64,000 bases of DNA, from positions 1,828,782-1,892,781 of the forward strand of contig NC_068984.1 of NCBI RefSeq assembly GCF_001194135.2. Reading direction: 5' to 3'. This document shows, in pieces, positions 37,923 through 51,690 of this stretch (position 1 is its first letter; each line of letters opens with the position of its first letter). The translations under genes and the position numbers were made by a program. The stretch comes from Octopus bimaculoides. Its lineage: Eukaryota. The notes beneath the pieces are model-generated. The model saw only the letters and a list, made by a program, of their open reading frames with translations. It ran no database searches and was not told where the DNA came from.

Positions 37923-38873
37923 NNNNNNNNNNNNNNNNNNNNNNNNNNNNNNNNNNNNNNNNNNNNNNNNNNNNNNNNNNNNNNNNNNNNNNNNNNNNNN
38001 NNNNNNNNNNNNNNNNNNNNNNNNNNNNNNNNNNNNNNNNNNNNNNNNNNNNNNNNNNNNNNNNNNNNNNNNNNNNNNNNNNNNNNNNNNNNNNNNNNNN
38101 NNNNNNNNNNNNNNNNNNNNNNNNNNNNNNNNNNNNNNNNNNNNNNNNNNNNNNNNNNNNNNNNNNNNNNNNNNNNNNNNNNNNNNNNNNNNNNNNNNNN
38201 NNNNNNNNNNNNNNNNNNNNNNNNNNNNNNNNNNNNNNNNNNNNNNNNNNNNNNNNNNNNNNNNNNNNNNNNNNNNNNNNNNNNNNNNNNNNNNNNNNNN
38301 CTTAAGCTCAGTCATTTGTATGTCCGCTCACTCGCATCTCCAAATGCATACACACACCCTTATAAAAGGACGTACACACACACACACACACACATACGCA
38401 CATATAAATAAAGACATACTATTTGAAATAGAGAAAAATAGGAAGAAAACAAAAAAGAACGAAAGAATGAAAGAAAGAAAGAAAGAAAGAAAGAGAGGGA
38501 GAGAGGTAGAGACTGTTCGACATTTCATAATTCTAGAAAAGAGTACGTTTACACGAATTTCTTTTCTTCGCCATTCTTACACAGTTATTATTCAATTATG
38601 CATTATAGGAATGGATGTTGAGAATACAAAAGCGTGTTTCTGCGGTCGCATCATAAATCACAGTCTTTACACACACAAAACACGGAACATTATTTAAATT
38701 TTAATCTTTCGCAAACCAGACAAGAATGCCAGCGTTTCACTTTGCATTCATACATCTGATGTAGAGAATAGTTATTAGTCTTCTTTCGAACTACTATTAA
38801 CTATTCTGCACATAATGGAAAGATAGGTTGATGGCATTCGTGGACAATAAAGAAAAGACATTCACATACACAC

Positions 38874-38914
<41 letters not shown>

Positions 38915-39433
38915 CATATCCGTCTGTGTGTGTCATTGTTATTGTTTGACGTACGTTCCCGTTCCATGCTTGCGTGGATCCGCCGGAATTTGCTGAGGCG
39001 GATTTTCTAAGGCTGGGTGCCCTTCCTGTCACCAACCCTTACCAGTTTCTATGGAAAACAGGAAACGAATAACATCGCTTGTATGACGGTGATGCTTATT
39101 TCGGACAACAAGACAACGGTACTACATACGAGCTCAAACTCACTCTCTTTCTCTCTCATGCACACACACGCCCCCCCCCCNNNNNNNNNNNNNNNNNNNN
39201 NNNNNNNNNNNNNNNNNNNNNNNNNNNNNNNNNNNNNNNNNNNNNNNNNNNNNNNNNNNNNNNNNNNNNNCCCCACACGTATATATGTAGGACAGGATTC
39301 CTTATTTCAAGGTTTTGGTTGACTGGGCTGAAGTAGGAGACGCTCGATGTGTTACGCAGTGAGACTGAATTCAAGATCACGTGGTTGAGAAGAAGCTTTC
39401 TTAACCACACAGCTGTGTGTGTGTGTATGTGAA

Positions 39434-39491
<58 letters not shown>

Positions 39492-39505
39492 GGTGTGTGT
39501 GTATG

Positions 39506-40660
39506 TACAAAGTACATTCCAGAAGTTTTGAAACTTTTCCTAAAGAGAAAATAATTTCAAAGAAGTCCACAACTCTAATCTTCTTCAAATCAGGATCCTT
39601 TGACGCCAATGCATTTATTGTAGCGCTCAACCATATCGGGAAGGCCCCCTTCAAAGTGGAGGTGTCTAGGACCCTTGTCAAAACCTCCTTCATCTTCTCA
39701 GTGTCTTCAAAACGACTGCCCCTCAGGTTCTCCTTCAGTTTGGCAAACAAATAAAAGTCAGAGGGCGCAAGTTCCGGACTGTGAAGTAAGGGGGGGGGAT
39801 ATTTTTGATGGCCATCTCTGTCAAGAAGTGGGTTACAAGTATGGAATTGTGGACTGTTGCCTTATCCTGCTACAGGTTCCATCGACCCGAGTGGAAGAGA
39901 TTTAGTCTTTTGCGACGAAATCTCTTCCTGAACTCTCTCAAAACCTCTATAAAGCACTCTTTGTAGACTGTGTGGTTAGAGGGAACCCAGTGGAACTAGA
40001 CGATATCCGTGTTATCGCAAGAAAGGACATTCTTGAGCTTTCCGTTGGACTTACTTTGCCTAACCCTCTTGGATCTGGGGGAACTAGGATGCTTCCATTG
40101 GGCACTCAGTCTCTTGGTCTCAGAATCATAGCAGTAGATCCAGCTTTCGTTGCAGGTCATCGTAGACTCATTTACTCTTGGCCTGGAGGTTATCAGCTCA
40201 ACCATCTTCCTGCTGTCATCAACACATCTCTCCTTCTGTTAGTCTCTGAGAGAAAACATTACACAAATTTTGCGCTTGTTCAGATCTTCACGAATAATTC
40301 TGTCTAAAGTTATCATCCCACTTCCAAATTGTGTGCTTGTTATCTTTGTATACAGACGCTGTTCTTCATCCTGAAAATTGCGAATATTCTTCATCAACTC
40401 ACATTCCTCTCCTTCCTACACCTCTTATCGTCGCTCACTTCTCTACCTCTCTTGAACCTTTTGCGCCTGAGAAAAACAGATGCTGGGCTCATGTAAGTTA
40501 ATCCATGACCAGTCTGGAGCAATTCATAAAGTTTCTGTAGCGTTTTTGCCCAGTTTAACGTAAAACTTGATTGCACAATGAGATCCCAAATTGTCTTCAC
40601 GTGCCGACCCCCTTCTTGAAACCACTCACCCGCGACAGGAAGTGTTTAGTAGAATGGGTT
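39506..40660 (-). mobile_element. Mariner DNA transposon remnant
   Basis: TCNESWIYCYDSETKRLSAQWKHPSSPRSK (WVPHEL-family catalytic region), ELAPSDFYLFAKLKENLRGSRFE (YSPDL region); frameshifted; second TIR not recognisable. Confidence 0.88.
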
Positions 40661-40704
40661 CAAGTAGTTTCTTTCAATTTGGAATGAAAAAAGTTGGCAG
40701 GTCT

Positions 40705-40926
40705 TTTACTTGTTTCAATCATTAGATTGCGGGCATGCTGTGGCACCGCGTTGAAGAATTTTGCTTTTTAGTCGAATCTATCGACTCCAGCAATTATTTT
40801 TTTTAAAAAAAGCTTAGCACTTATTCTATCGGTCTCTTTTGTCAAATCGCAAAGTTTCGGGGACGTAAACACACTAACACCGGTTGTGAAGTGGTGTGTG
40901 TGTGGGGGTGCAAACACAGTTGCAAA

Positions 40927-40963
<37 letters not shown>

Positions 40964-41130
40964 GAGTGGTTTCTTTCAGTTTTCGTCTACCAAATCCAAT
41001 CATAAGGCTTTGGTTGGCTCGAGGATATAGTAGAAAACACTTTCCCAAAGTGCCGCGCAGTGGGACTGAACTCCGAACCAAGAGGTTGGGAAGTAAGGTT
41101 CTTACAACACAGCCCCGCCTGCGCCTATGG
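40705..41130 (-). mobile_element. tRNA-derived SINE (head, (CA)n, body)
   Basis: Reverse match to 29610-29970. Confidence 0.75.
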
Positions 41131-41204
41131 TAATGATTTGCGAAAATTAGAATTATCTAGGACAATTATAACTGCCTCTCCTAAATAAGTCTCAAAACGT
41201 CTGC

Positions 41205-41243
<39 letters not shown>

Positions 41244-41359
41244 NNNNNNNNNNTTTATTGACCTCGAAAGGATGAAAGACAAAGTCGACTTTAACGGCAT
41301 TTGAATGCAGAATGTAAAAGCGAGTGAAATTCGGCGTGCTATCGTTTCTCAGACAGGGA

Positions 41360-41788
41360 AATACTTGTAGGACTTTACAATTCAGACAGATAGAATTCTA
41401 GAACATACAAGACCGGACATAACTTTGGTGGAGAAAGGTACTGCAAAGAGGTGTTTGTTCGATGTAGCTTGCCCAGGAGGTCGTTGCGTCAACAGTAAAG
41501 AAAAGGAGAAAATCCTATAATATGCAGACTTGAGAAAAGATGTCTTGAGAATGTGGAGTAGGCAAGCAAGAATGGTACCAATTGTGATTGGAGCTCTTGG
41601 GTCGGTGAGGAAAAGCCTCCAGACACACTTTGACACAATTGGAATCTGTTACAGTATTACGATATTGTAAAAGACAAGATTTTTGGGAGTAGCAGATATC
41701 GCGCGGAAAGTGATGCCTTGCTGCGGTTATATAATTCGATTGGGAGTCAGTTAAGCGATCTAATGCTAACAAGATCATCACTGAGATA

Positions 41789-41790
<2 letters not shown>
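41360..41790 (+). mobile_element. R4/Dong-like RLE LINE 3' fragment 1
   Basis: DFTIQTDRILEHTRPDI..DVACP..KEKEK..VPIVIGALG. Confidence 0.8.
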
Positions 41791-41883
<93 letters not shown>

Positions 41884-41887
<4 letters not shown>

Positions 41888-42303
41888 CTGAGCAAATATA
41901 AAGATCTTGAAATAGAAATTAGCAAAATGTGGAATCTGAAGACGAAAACAATACCTATTGTCATAGGTGCCCTGGGAATGACAGCGAAACGGGCTGATTA
42001 CTACCTAGCTCAGATACCAGGAAACCCCAAAATGGCTGAAGTTCAAAAGATAGTGCTCATGGGAACTGCCCATATCCTACGTAAAATACTGTCTATGTGA
42101 TCTCAAATTTTAAAGCAAACAGATAATTTTCTTATGGTTTCTTAAATATTCACTAGAACAAAACTGTACAAATCCAAATATATGGTACCCTAGGCATAAC
42201 ACCTACATGAACTTCTAACTTGTTGTCTCTTGAGGTCTCTGGGTGAGACTTGGATCCAACTTGTACAAATGCAAAACAAAAGTCAAGCAAAATAATAATA
42301 ATA
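41884..42303 (+). mobile_element. R4/Dong-like RLE LINE 3' fragment 2, flanked by (AAT)n
   Basis: KLSKYKDLEIEISKMWNLKTKTIPIVIGALG..QKIVLMGTAHILRK*. Confidence 0.85.
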
Positions 42304-42544
42304 GACCTTATTCAAAGACCGTTTGAGCAGGATGGAGTACCCGACTCGAAGAAAATCCTAAGTGGGTCTCACCTGCAAGGTCATGTGCTGTTAATCTTGA
42401 TATAAGGTTACCATGCTGCGCACATATGGTTGTGATGCATGTGCCTGGTGTACCCTCGACAGACGGGTAGTCATGTTGGGTATACTGGGATTCGTATATC
42501 TGTATCCCAGTGTCACTTTGATGGCATGGACTGCTCTCTCACTC

Positions 42545-42591
<47 letters not shown>

Positions 42592-42614
42592 TGATGATGA
42601 TGATGATGATGATG

Positions 42615-42680
<66 letters not shown>

Positions 42681-42681
<1 letters not shown>

Positions 42682-43390
42682 GGAATATATTCACAGACAC
42701 GACAGAACTGGGACCTATATACACTGGAAGCTATGCCAACACTATGAAATAACAACAGAAAAAAGATGGTATAAACACACGCCAGNNNNNNNNNNNNNNN
42801 NNNNNNNNNNNNNNNNNNNNNNNNNNNNNNNNNNNNNNNNNNNNNNNNNNNNNNNNNNNNNNNNNNNNNNNNNNNNNNNNNNNNNNNNNNNNNNNNNNNN
42901 NNNNNNNNNNNNNNNNNNNNNNNNNNNNNNNNNNNNNNNNNNNNNNNNNNNNNNNNNNNNNNNNNNNNNNNNNNNNNNNNNNNNNNNNNNNNNNNNNNNN
43001 NNNNNNNNNTACCAGCAGATGACAACGTTTCTCTAAAAGAAATGGAAAAACTTTCAAAATACAAAGACCTGGAAATAGAGGTAACTCGAATGTGGAATCT
43101 AAAAACAGAAACAATTCCTATCATAGTAGGTGCCTTAGGTATAATAAAAAGATATTCAGACAAATACATAACATAAAACACCAGGACTTACAAATATATA
43201 TAACATACAGAAAATTGCACTACTGGGTACTGCACACACCCTACGCAAAACACTTTCAATACAGTAACCATAAGAGCATCACAGCAAACCACAGCACATA
43301 CCTAAGGCGCACAGAGCTGCGCTCGGTAGTGTAGTGAAAGCACGTTATAAAAATAAAACTACTGAACAATAATAATAATAATAATAGTAA
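42681..43390 (+). mobile_element. R4/Dong-like RLE LINE 3' fragment 3, flanked by (AAT)n
   Basis: RHDRTGTYIHWKLC..WYKHTP (gap) KYKDLEIEVTRMW..PIIVGALG..LLGTAHTLRK. Confidence 0.85.
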
Positions 43391-43479
43391 TGCTATTAGC
43401 AAAATCACATTTCATCCCATCCGTTAAACATGAACATTTCACGATATAAAAACACATACTAACCGCCAGACGCGACCAT

Positions 43480-44260
43480 CTCTGAGGATCATTCCTGGTG
43501 AGATCCTCACATTCTAAATATGGTCAAAACTACGCCACAATGACTGACCTTCCGCGTCAAGGCCAGGAAATTATTCTGTCCTCAATAACTTCTGACCCAT
43601 TACAAAGCTCACGTGAGACCTACATTGACCTACAACTAACACATCTAGGACGGTGCTGTTGCTGCAGATACAGCCATCCAAGAAAGACAACCCAACTGAC
43701 TCCCATTAAATCACTCCAGCCACTGTCATCCGACTCTTTCTCTTTGTCTTTACTATTAAGTGTGCCAGAACCGTCCCCCGCCATATTTTATATGACTCTT
43801 GGAGCAGCGCTAGGGAAGTTAGACCAGTAATAATGGTTCGTTCTTCTGATTAATATTTCATAGTTTTTTTTCTTTCTCTCTCGTTATCTTTCTGGTTTGG
43901 ACCGGTGCACACTGAAACGTCTACCATGAATCGTGAATCTGGGAGTTTCTTTTTTGCCGCACCCTGTACACTTCTAGAGTTGCTTTCTTATTGGTGTTGG
44001 TCACTCTCGACTCCCTGGTCTCTTCTATCTACCCGCTCTTCTCTGTCAATCCCACTTCATTACAGTCCACAAGCCTCACTAACCACACCACAGATCATTC
44101 TTCCTAAGAATGTCTGTTCTGATCGTACCCCACCCCACACCATATATTTCTTCCCCCACGTCTCTACAGCGATCTCTCTGGTCTTGGATGTCCGGCCTTC
44201 AAAAATGAACGATGTTACCCTTATGAGGAAATGTGCTGCAGCCTCTATCGTCCTGTCTTT
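43480..44260 (+). mobile_element. Degenerate LINE 3' end (Jockey/CR1-superclade-like)
   Basis: KSLQPLS and RSFFLR-like motifs, similar to 19100-19560. Confidence 0.45.
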
Positions 44261-44872
44261 AATTTAGATATATTGAATAAAGAAATAAGTTATCTAATGC
44301 ACCTTACATCAATAACACGACAGGGCGTGATTTGGGAACACTTTAGCTGTTATTTCTAGCTGGTCAAGTGATTATATAGAGACTATTCACACATTGAAGG
44401 GTCGAGTTATGCGTTTTGGGCAATACATTTAAAATGTATTAAAAACACGCTTTTTCACATTTCTCTGTCGATTTTATTTACTACAATATCTTTAAACAGA
44501 GAATTCGAGCGTTTAAACAAATCTTTTATTTTATAAAATAATATTCCAGTTTGTTTTATACTATTGCATTTTACCTTATAATCGATAGCCAAATAGAACT
44601 TGTCAGGTTTTTGAAAGAATGTAGATGTCGCTTAAATCGTACATCAAAATTGTTTTTAGCAACCTATTATAAATATTGGAAAGTAAATTATAAGTTATGA
44701 ACACTGAGGCACAATTAGTTATCGATTACGAAAGACACAAATTATTCAATGACTCAATACAGTTAAATGAACTGAGAATTATAGATGTAGTAACAGTTCG
44801 AATTTAGATGATTTCAGTATTTTTCATACATATGTATATACATGTGGGTGTGTACAGTTCATATGTGTGCGC

Positions 44873-44951
<79 letters not shown>

Positions 44952-45047
44952 CGTGTGTGTGTGTATTAGTTGACACTCTTAACCGTTTGAGTAAAATTTC
45001 ACTTCATTGCAGGAATTCCATGTCATGTTTTCTTTTGTTAATTTCAG

Positions 45048-45281
45048 CCGTTGCTATGTTACTTGGCTGCGTAGTCTACCCCAATGGATGGGACAATGAA
45101 ACGGTTCGCCGGATCTGTGGTGTAGAGGCTACAAAATACTACCTAGATCGATGTACAATAAGATGGGCATATATACTCGCCATTATTCTCATCTTCGACG
45201 CCATTATTCTAGCGGTCTTAGCTTTTGTGTTGGCGGCCAAACAAGCGAGGGTGCTGCCGGAAATTTACCACAAGAACCCAC
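45048..45281 (+). CDS. LHFPL3: LHFPL-like gene B coding exon 2
   Basis: atttcag|CC phase 1; AVAMLLGCVVYPNGWD..CG..CTIRWAYILAII.IFDA.ILA.LAFVLAAKQ; donor C|gtaagt at 45282. Confidence 0.95.
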
Positions 45282-45339
45282 GTAAGTTCCATGCACCTTT
45301 TTTTCCTCGCTTATCCTTCTTATTGTTCTAAACTCCATG

Positions 45340-45510
45340 CCTACTCCCGCTTGACAATCGGTGTTGGTATGTTTACGTTCCTGTAACTTAGCAGTTTGGC
45401 GAAGAGGCCGAGAGAATAAGTACCAGGCTTTAAAAAAAATGCATACTAGGGTCAATTCATTCGACCAAAAATTCTTCATGGCGCTGCCCCAGCATGGTCG
45501 CTGTCTAGGG
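45340..45510 (+). mobile_element. SINE body
   Basis: GTAACTTAGCAGTTTGGC..GAGAATAAGTACCAGG..CCCCAGCATGG. Confidence 0.65.
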
Positions 45511-45699
45511 CTAAAAGAAGAAAAAACTAAAGGATACACGATATAAAGATCACATTCGCCATGTTTGGTATTTCACTTTGTTAAACTAGATTTATTCACA
45601 AACTGGATTAACATAATCACACCCAACTCTACGATTAACTTCATGGAATAAACATTGAAAGCATCTGTTATTTGGAGCGAAGCTGTCATTTCAACGACA

Positions 45700-46050
45700 A
45701 TCACTCAGCTGCCTCGTCACCATCTGATCGGACTTTCTCGGACATCTTTAACCCGCTCACACCATCCACCTCGGCTCAGCCTTAGTTGATGGAGGCTTTC
45801 GTGAAGGCATCCACTGTCTCTGGTGAACGTTGTGTTCGGACAACCTGCTCGAGTACGGCCATGCTTTGGCATCCATATTCGTAGGTCATTTTCCAATTCT
45901 TGTTTGGGTCGTCTGCAATGTTCTGAAAAGCACAAGCGCCTTTCCTTTGAAATGGTGGAAACAGGCAGGCGAAATACATACAGCTGTTTCTTAGTGAGAT
46001 GAGTTCTCCAAGATGTATTTAAGATGGCTCTTAACATTCGGGTGTAAATT
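45700..46050 (-). mobile_element. LINE (RTE-like) 3' fragment
   Basis: MLRAILNTSW.THLT..LY..LPVS....RRLCFSEHC.R..W.PKHG.TR.G.P. Confidence 0.75.
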
Positions 46051-46114
46051 CCATTTAGCTTGGATTCCAGGTTTTTGGTAAACGTCTAGGCTGTTGCTCC
46101 ATACAAAGGGACTG

Positions 46115-46290
46115 ACACCAGACTGGGGCAATGCTGGGACATCACTTTGAAGAATTTTAGTCGAACGAATCGACCCTGTGCTTATATTATTAGCTTGGTA
46201 TTTAGTCTCTTTGCCGGACTGCGAAGTTACGGGGACGTAAACACACCAATACTGGTTTTCAAGCGGTGGGGGTGGGACAAACACTGACAC
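46115..46290 (-). mobile_element. SINE body
   Basis: Reverse match to the 29790-29965 family. Confidence 0.65.
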
Positions 46291-46427
46291 ATAAACACAC
46301 ATCCATCCATCCATCCATCCATCCATCCATCCATCCATACATACATACATACATACATACACACACATACATACATGCATACACACACACTCACAAATAC
46401 ATACACACATATATACATACATATACA

Positions 46428-46465
<38 letters not shown>

Positions 46466-46781
46466 CATGCATACATACGTATATATAGACATACTTCGAT
46501 TAGAGGTTATGTTAACCTCATGAAGGGATGGTTTCTTCCAAGGAAATACTAGTTCAATACTTAGTATTTTGGAGGAATTAGTTTCCTTAAAATCATAGGG
46601 GTATAAATAAAAGGATCGAAACCGGGGCATTAATCTTGCAANNNNNNNNNNNNNNNNNNNNNNNNNNNNNNNNNNNNNNNNNNNNNNNNNNNNNNNNNNN
46701 NNNNNNNNNNNNNNNNNNNNNNNNNNNNNNNNNNNNNNNNNNNNNNNNNNNNNNNNNNNNNNNNNNNNNNNNNNNNNNNNN

Positions 46782-46828
<47 letters not shown>

Positions 46829-47088
46829 CACACAATGAGATGCAATTTGACTTTGCACACCCAGTAGGTTCGCAGAAGAAAGCCAGGAGCTTCTGCCACC
46901 GGGAGAGAAACGCCAGGACTACAGATTGACATCGATTATAAAGAGTGACGACAACGGGATTAGTAAAAAATGAGACGTTAAAGACCAGGTTGGGACGTGA
47001 CACAACTCAAATCTACGCCTATTGTACGTTGGAGACATCGACAAAAAGAGTCAACTAGTACAGCTTTAACCGTGCAGTTATATTTGTA

Positions 47089-47133
<45 letters not shown>

Positions 47134-47139
47134 TTGTGC

Positions 47140-47533
47140 GTCTGTGTTTGTCCTCCCCCACCATCGCTTGACAACCGATGTTGGTGTGCTTACGTCCGCG
47201 TAACTTAGCAGTTCGGTAAAAGGGATCGATAGAATAAGTACTAGGCTTACAAAGGCGGTGCTCNNNNNNNNNNTATATATACACACATACAGGCGTGGCT
47301 GTATGGTAAGAAGCTTGCTTCGTAACCACATGGTTCCGAGTTCAGTCCCACTGCGTGACACCTTGGTTCAAGTGTCTTCTACTATAGCCTCGGGCCTACC
47401 AAAGCCTTGTGAGTGAATTTGGTAGACGGAAACTGAAAGAAGTCTGCCGTATATATACGGATATTTTATCCCTTAGTCGGTTACTATAACTGCTAACTCC
47501 ATTTACATATATATCTATGTATATATATAAAGC

Positions 47534-47576
<43 letters not shown>

Positions 47577-47790
47577 ATGTGTGTGAATATATGTGTTGTA
47601 TTTGCACCCCCATCACCGCTTGACAACCGGTGTTGGTGTGATGACGTCCCCATAGCTTAGCAGTGCGGCAAAAGAGACAGATAGAATACATACGAGACTT
47701 AAAAATTACTTCCTGGCGTCGATTTGTTCGACTAAAACTCTTCAAGGCTGTGTTCCAACATGGCCACAGCCAAATGGCTGAAACGAGTAA
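47140..47790 (+). mobile_element. SINE cluster: truncated body, then head, microsatellite, body
   Basis: Matches the 29610-29970 family. Confidence 0.75.
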
Positions 47791-48564
47791 CAGAATAGAA
47801 GGACATGTGCTTTCTCATTGGTAAATGCCTTTCTGTTTGAATGCTGAATTGTATTTGTTTTCCCAAATGAATTCCACTTCATGTTTGTGGCTCTGATGAG
47901 ACTGTAATGTGTTACTCAAGCACTCATCTATGAGTCCACTGCATCCTATTGCAGAAACAACTGTAAGACAATGACGTTCATAAGATAATCGGTTATTCTT
48001 TTGTCATTTCTTTTCATATATATATGTGTATATGTGTGCGTGTGTGTGAGTGTGTGTATGTATGTATGCATGTGTGTATATATGTATAGCGAAAGCGAAC
48101 TCAGCACGTGCGTAGAGTATAGTTTCTGTCGAAGACTCCGTCGGTAAATTCCATGATAAAGGAACAGGACTACTTTGTAAGAGTATTGACGTAGACAGAG
48201 AGTACATCCACTGTACTTTATTGATTGTGTACTTTGGCTTAATTTGCTGTTGTGTGTGTACTTGAGGCTCGGGGACATAGAACTGTTATTTAGTTTTTTT
48301 CTCAGTGGTATTGCATCATCAAGATTGGCGAAGAATATTTTGAAGCACATCATCAAAGGAAGGAAGGAAGGAAGGAGATAAACGGCTCCGACGAAAGACC
48401 TGTCCACTCCAACCAAGGCCTCCACCAGTCAACAGGTGTGACCTTTGCAGACAATTGTTCCATGCAAAAATAGGTCTTTTCAGCCGCCAGAGCCACTGTC
48501 GTAGAACGAGGAATCACAAATGAAGAAAGAAATACTCGGAATCGAGGAGAAACCAACGACAATG

Positions 48565-48629
<65 letters not shown>

Positions 48630-49268
48630 TACATATACGTACACACACACATACACACGCATACACACAGACTCACACACATATATGCATACCTATACAT
48701 ACACACATGACACACATATACGTACACACACTCACACACATATATACATATGTATGTACGTTTGTACATAACATACATCCGTGTTTGTGTGCGCATGCGT
48801 GTATGCGTTTATATGTGTGTGTCTGTGTGCGTTTATGTGTGTGTGTAATGCGTATACCTATACAATCAAGCAGAAAGTGTTAAAGTGACAAGAACAAAAC
48901 TGTTTAATTCGCTTCTATCTCTGCCCATATTTCACGAATAAAAGAGACAGATTCTCTCGCAGACGTTGAAACCTGATATTAGCTTTGAAATTAAAAGCAG
49001 TGTAAGAGATATTGCTTTATTCCGTAACACCTGTCCTTATATAAGCTGAAGTCACTAGCTTTGTTTAAGCTGTGATGAAGTAGCATAAATGATATCCTAT
49101 AATTGTGTAGCGAAACTATATACCAGAGGTATGGCATGTTAATAGAGACGACTATCATGCAGGCGCAAAAGAGACACACACACACACCATATAGACAATT
49201 ATATTTGGATATATTATACGTAAATATACATGAATATATATATGCTTACGTGTGTGTGTGTGTGTGCG

Positions 49269-49339
<71 letters not shown>

Positions 49340-50379
49340 GTCAGTCAGTCTGTCTATATCTACCTACCTACCTACCTACCTACCTACCTACCTACCTACC
49401 TACCTTCCTACCTACCTACCATCCTACCTACCTACATACATACATACATACATACATATGCGTATACATACAGAACTGCATGCTTTCTGGTTGAGTCTAA
49501 CTTCTGAGCAAGTGAACTAAAGACCGTAACACTGTGCCACAAACATGTATGATATCGTTAGAAGTGATGAATGTCCTGTTGGTGGGGTGTTATTTAAGAC
49601 ATTTTAGCTTTATCCATCTCGCACTCACGACACCAAAAATATGGTGAAGAGATTTATTTTAGTTTGAAATGGGTATTTTGATATTGTTTAGAGTTCAGTT
49701 AGGCGCAGAAAGAAAAGAACAAACTACTGCTGTGTTGTATTGAAGTTGCGACGTTCTTTGTACATAAGACTGATTTTGTGGTGTTGTAGTGTTCACAAAA
49801 GAATGTTTGCTGATGATGCAGTGTGGTGTTCAGTAGACATACTATTAGATGAATTTTAGTTGCACCTCAAATATGATGCTTATCATATCATATACTCTCC
49901 TTCGCCACCGACCGAGACCGGCTGCACATACTGGAGCCCCACCAGATCCTTGCTCATGTGCCTTGTAACATGAGACCATCAGTTATGAAGCAAAAGTCAA
50001 CTATAACAGTGACTTAAAACCCTACATTAGTATAATAGAAGGATCTTTCAAATGAAGATTTTATAACAACATTGTCTTCCTTGGAATCAAGGAGACGTAA
50101 TATGCTGCAAAACTTTTAAGTTATGGCTGGCATTTGAAAGAAAGGAGTCCGGGAGACATGAAATAGAGAATCGTCGAAATGTAAACTGTACGCAAATGCT
50201 ATCAGGAGAAGCAGGTTCTGTACCAAGTAGACGAGAATGGTTATAGTAGAGTAATTTAATTCTGAACTTCAAGGCAAAAATTTCCACCTAGTGTACGAAC
50301 AAGCTAAAATGTATATTTCGGTACTGGAAACACACAACATAAACTTCTCCAGGATCTACTATTTTCTCCCTGTAACTCA

Positions 50380-50442
<63 letters not shown>

Positions 50443-50519
50443 NNNNNNNNNNNNNNNNNNNNNNNNNNNNNNNNNNNNNNNNNNNNNNNNNNNNNNNNNN
50501 NNNNNNNNNNNNNNNNNNN

Positions 50520-50591
<72 letters not shown>

Positions 50592-51318
50592 GATGAGTGT
50601 ATACAAGTGTGTGTCTGTTTTCGTAAGTATGCGTGAATGTGTGAGCATATATGTGTACATTGATGAGTGCTGTCTGTTTTTACGAGAAGAGATGCAACTC
50701 CCCTGCAGCGATCTCCAGTCTCCCATTTATAGGCTTATTTCAGTTGATTTTGTTGCCTATACGTACACTCGTTCTTCTGGATATAAACACACCAGCCAGC
50801 GTTTTCTGTTGCTACTGATTTCGTATACCAGTGCCCCCTACATAGCCGGACGGCATGAAGAAAACAAGCGATATAATAGGAGTTTCGAAACTGACAGAAG
50901 TCTTAATGTCCGGAGTTCACTCCCCACATATGTATTTATATATTTCATTTTTATTCTTGTTTTGCAAGATTCTTGATTTGAAATCATGTGTTGAAACAAA
51001 TGTTGTTATATCTTGGGAGTGGTCATTGTGCAAATAAGATGCACGCAGTGGACGTATTCTACTTCTTTTTATTACTCTTCTTAAATTACTTAACAAAGTA
51101 ATCAGTTATTTAAATGGCTGATTGATCTGTTTGACTAATTGATTGACTAATAATTATTAAAAGGAAGCGAAACAATACCAGCATTTGTGTTGTTATTAGC
51201 AAAATGATTCATCCCAAATACTACCTACCCAATATTGTAGCATAATATGTCTGCCCCAGTGAGGAATTCCAATATATATATATATTCATGTATTTCTCTT
51301 TTTATGACGTATTTACAG

Positions 51319-51446
51319 ATCAACAGGATAACATCTCGAAAATTATGTCAGAACACGAACATGACGGCTTCTCGGAATATTCTCACAGGTCAGAGAAATC
51401 CAAGAGATCATTGCACAGTGCCAGGCCCGATCCTTACCATATGTGA
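51319..51446 (+). CDS. LHFPL3: LHFPL-like gene B terminal coding exon
   Basis: tatttacag acceptor at 51318, phase 1; HQQDNISKIMSEHEHDGFSEYSHRSEKSKRSLHSARPDPYHM*; DGFSEYSH aligns with DTYSEYSH of gene A. Confidence 0.8.
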
Positions 51447-51637
51447 AACGAATAATGGACTCTCAATTCTACCGATGGGAAATGGTTTTTCTTCTTTTTT
51501 GGTTTGATTTCCAGCAGAATCTTCATAAAACTAAGAACTATATGATGGTTACTGTTTTATAAATACATACATACATACATTTATAAATACATACATTTAG
51601 ACACACACACATATGTACCTAATACTTTGTTATGTGT

Positions 51638-51690
<53 letters not shown>

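Larger units (their letters stand above)
34933..51446 (+). other. LHFPL3: Gene B coding span: LHFPL tetraspan protein (LHFPL3/4/5/Tmhs-like), conserved paralog, 256 aa
   Basis: join(34933..35341,45048..45281,51319..51446)=771 nt open frame; phase-1 GT-AG introns at the same positions as gene A. Confidence 0.92.
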
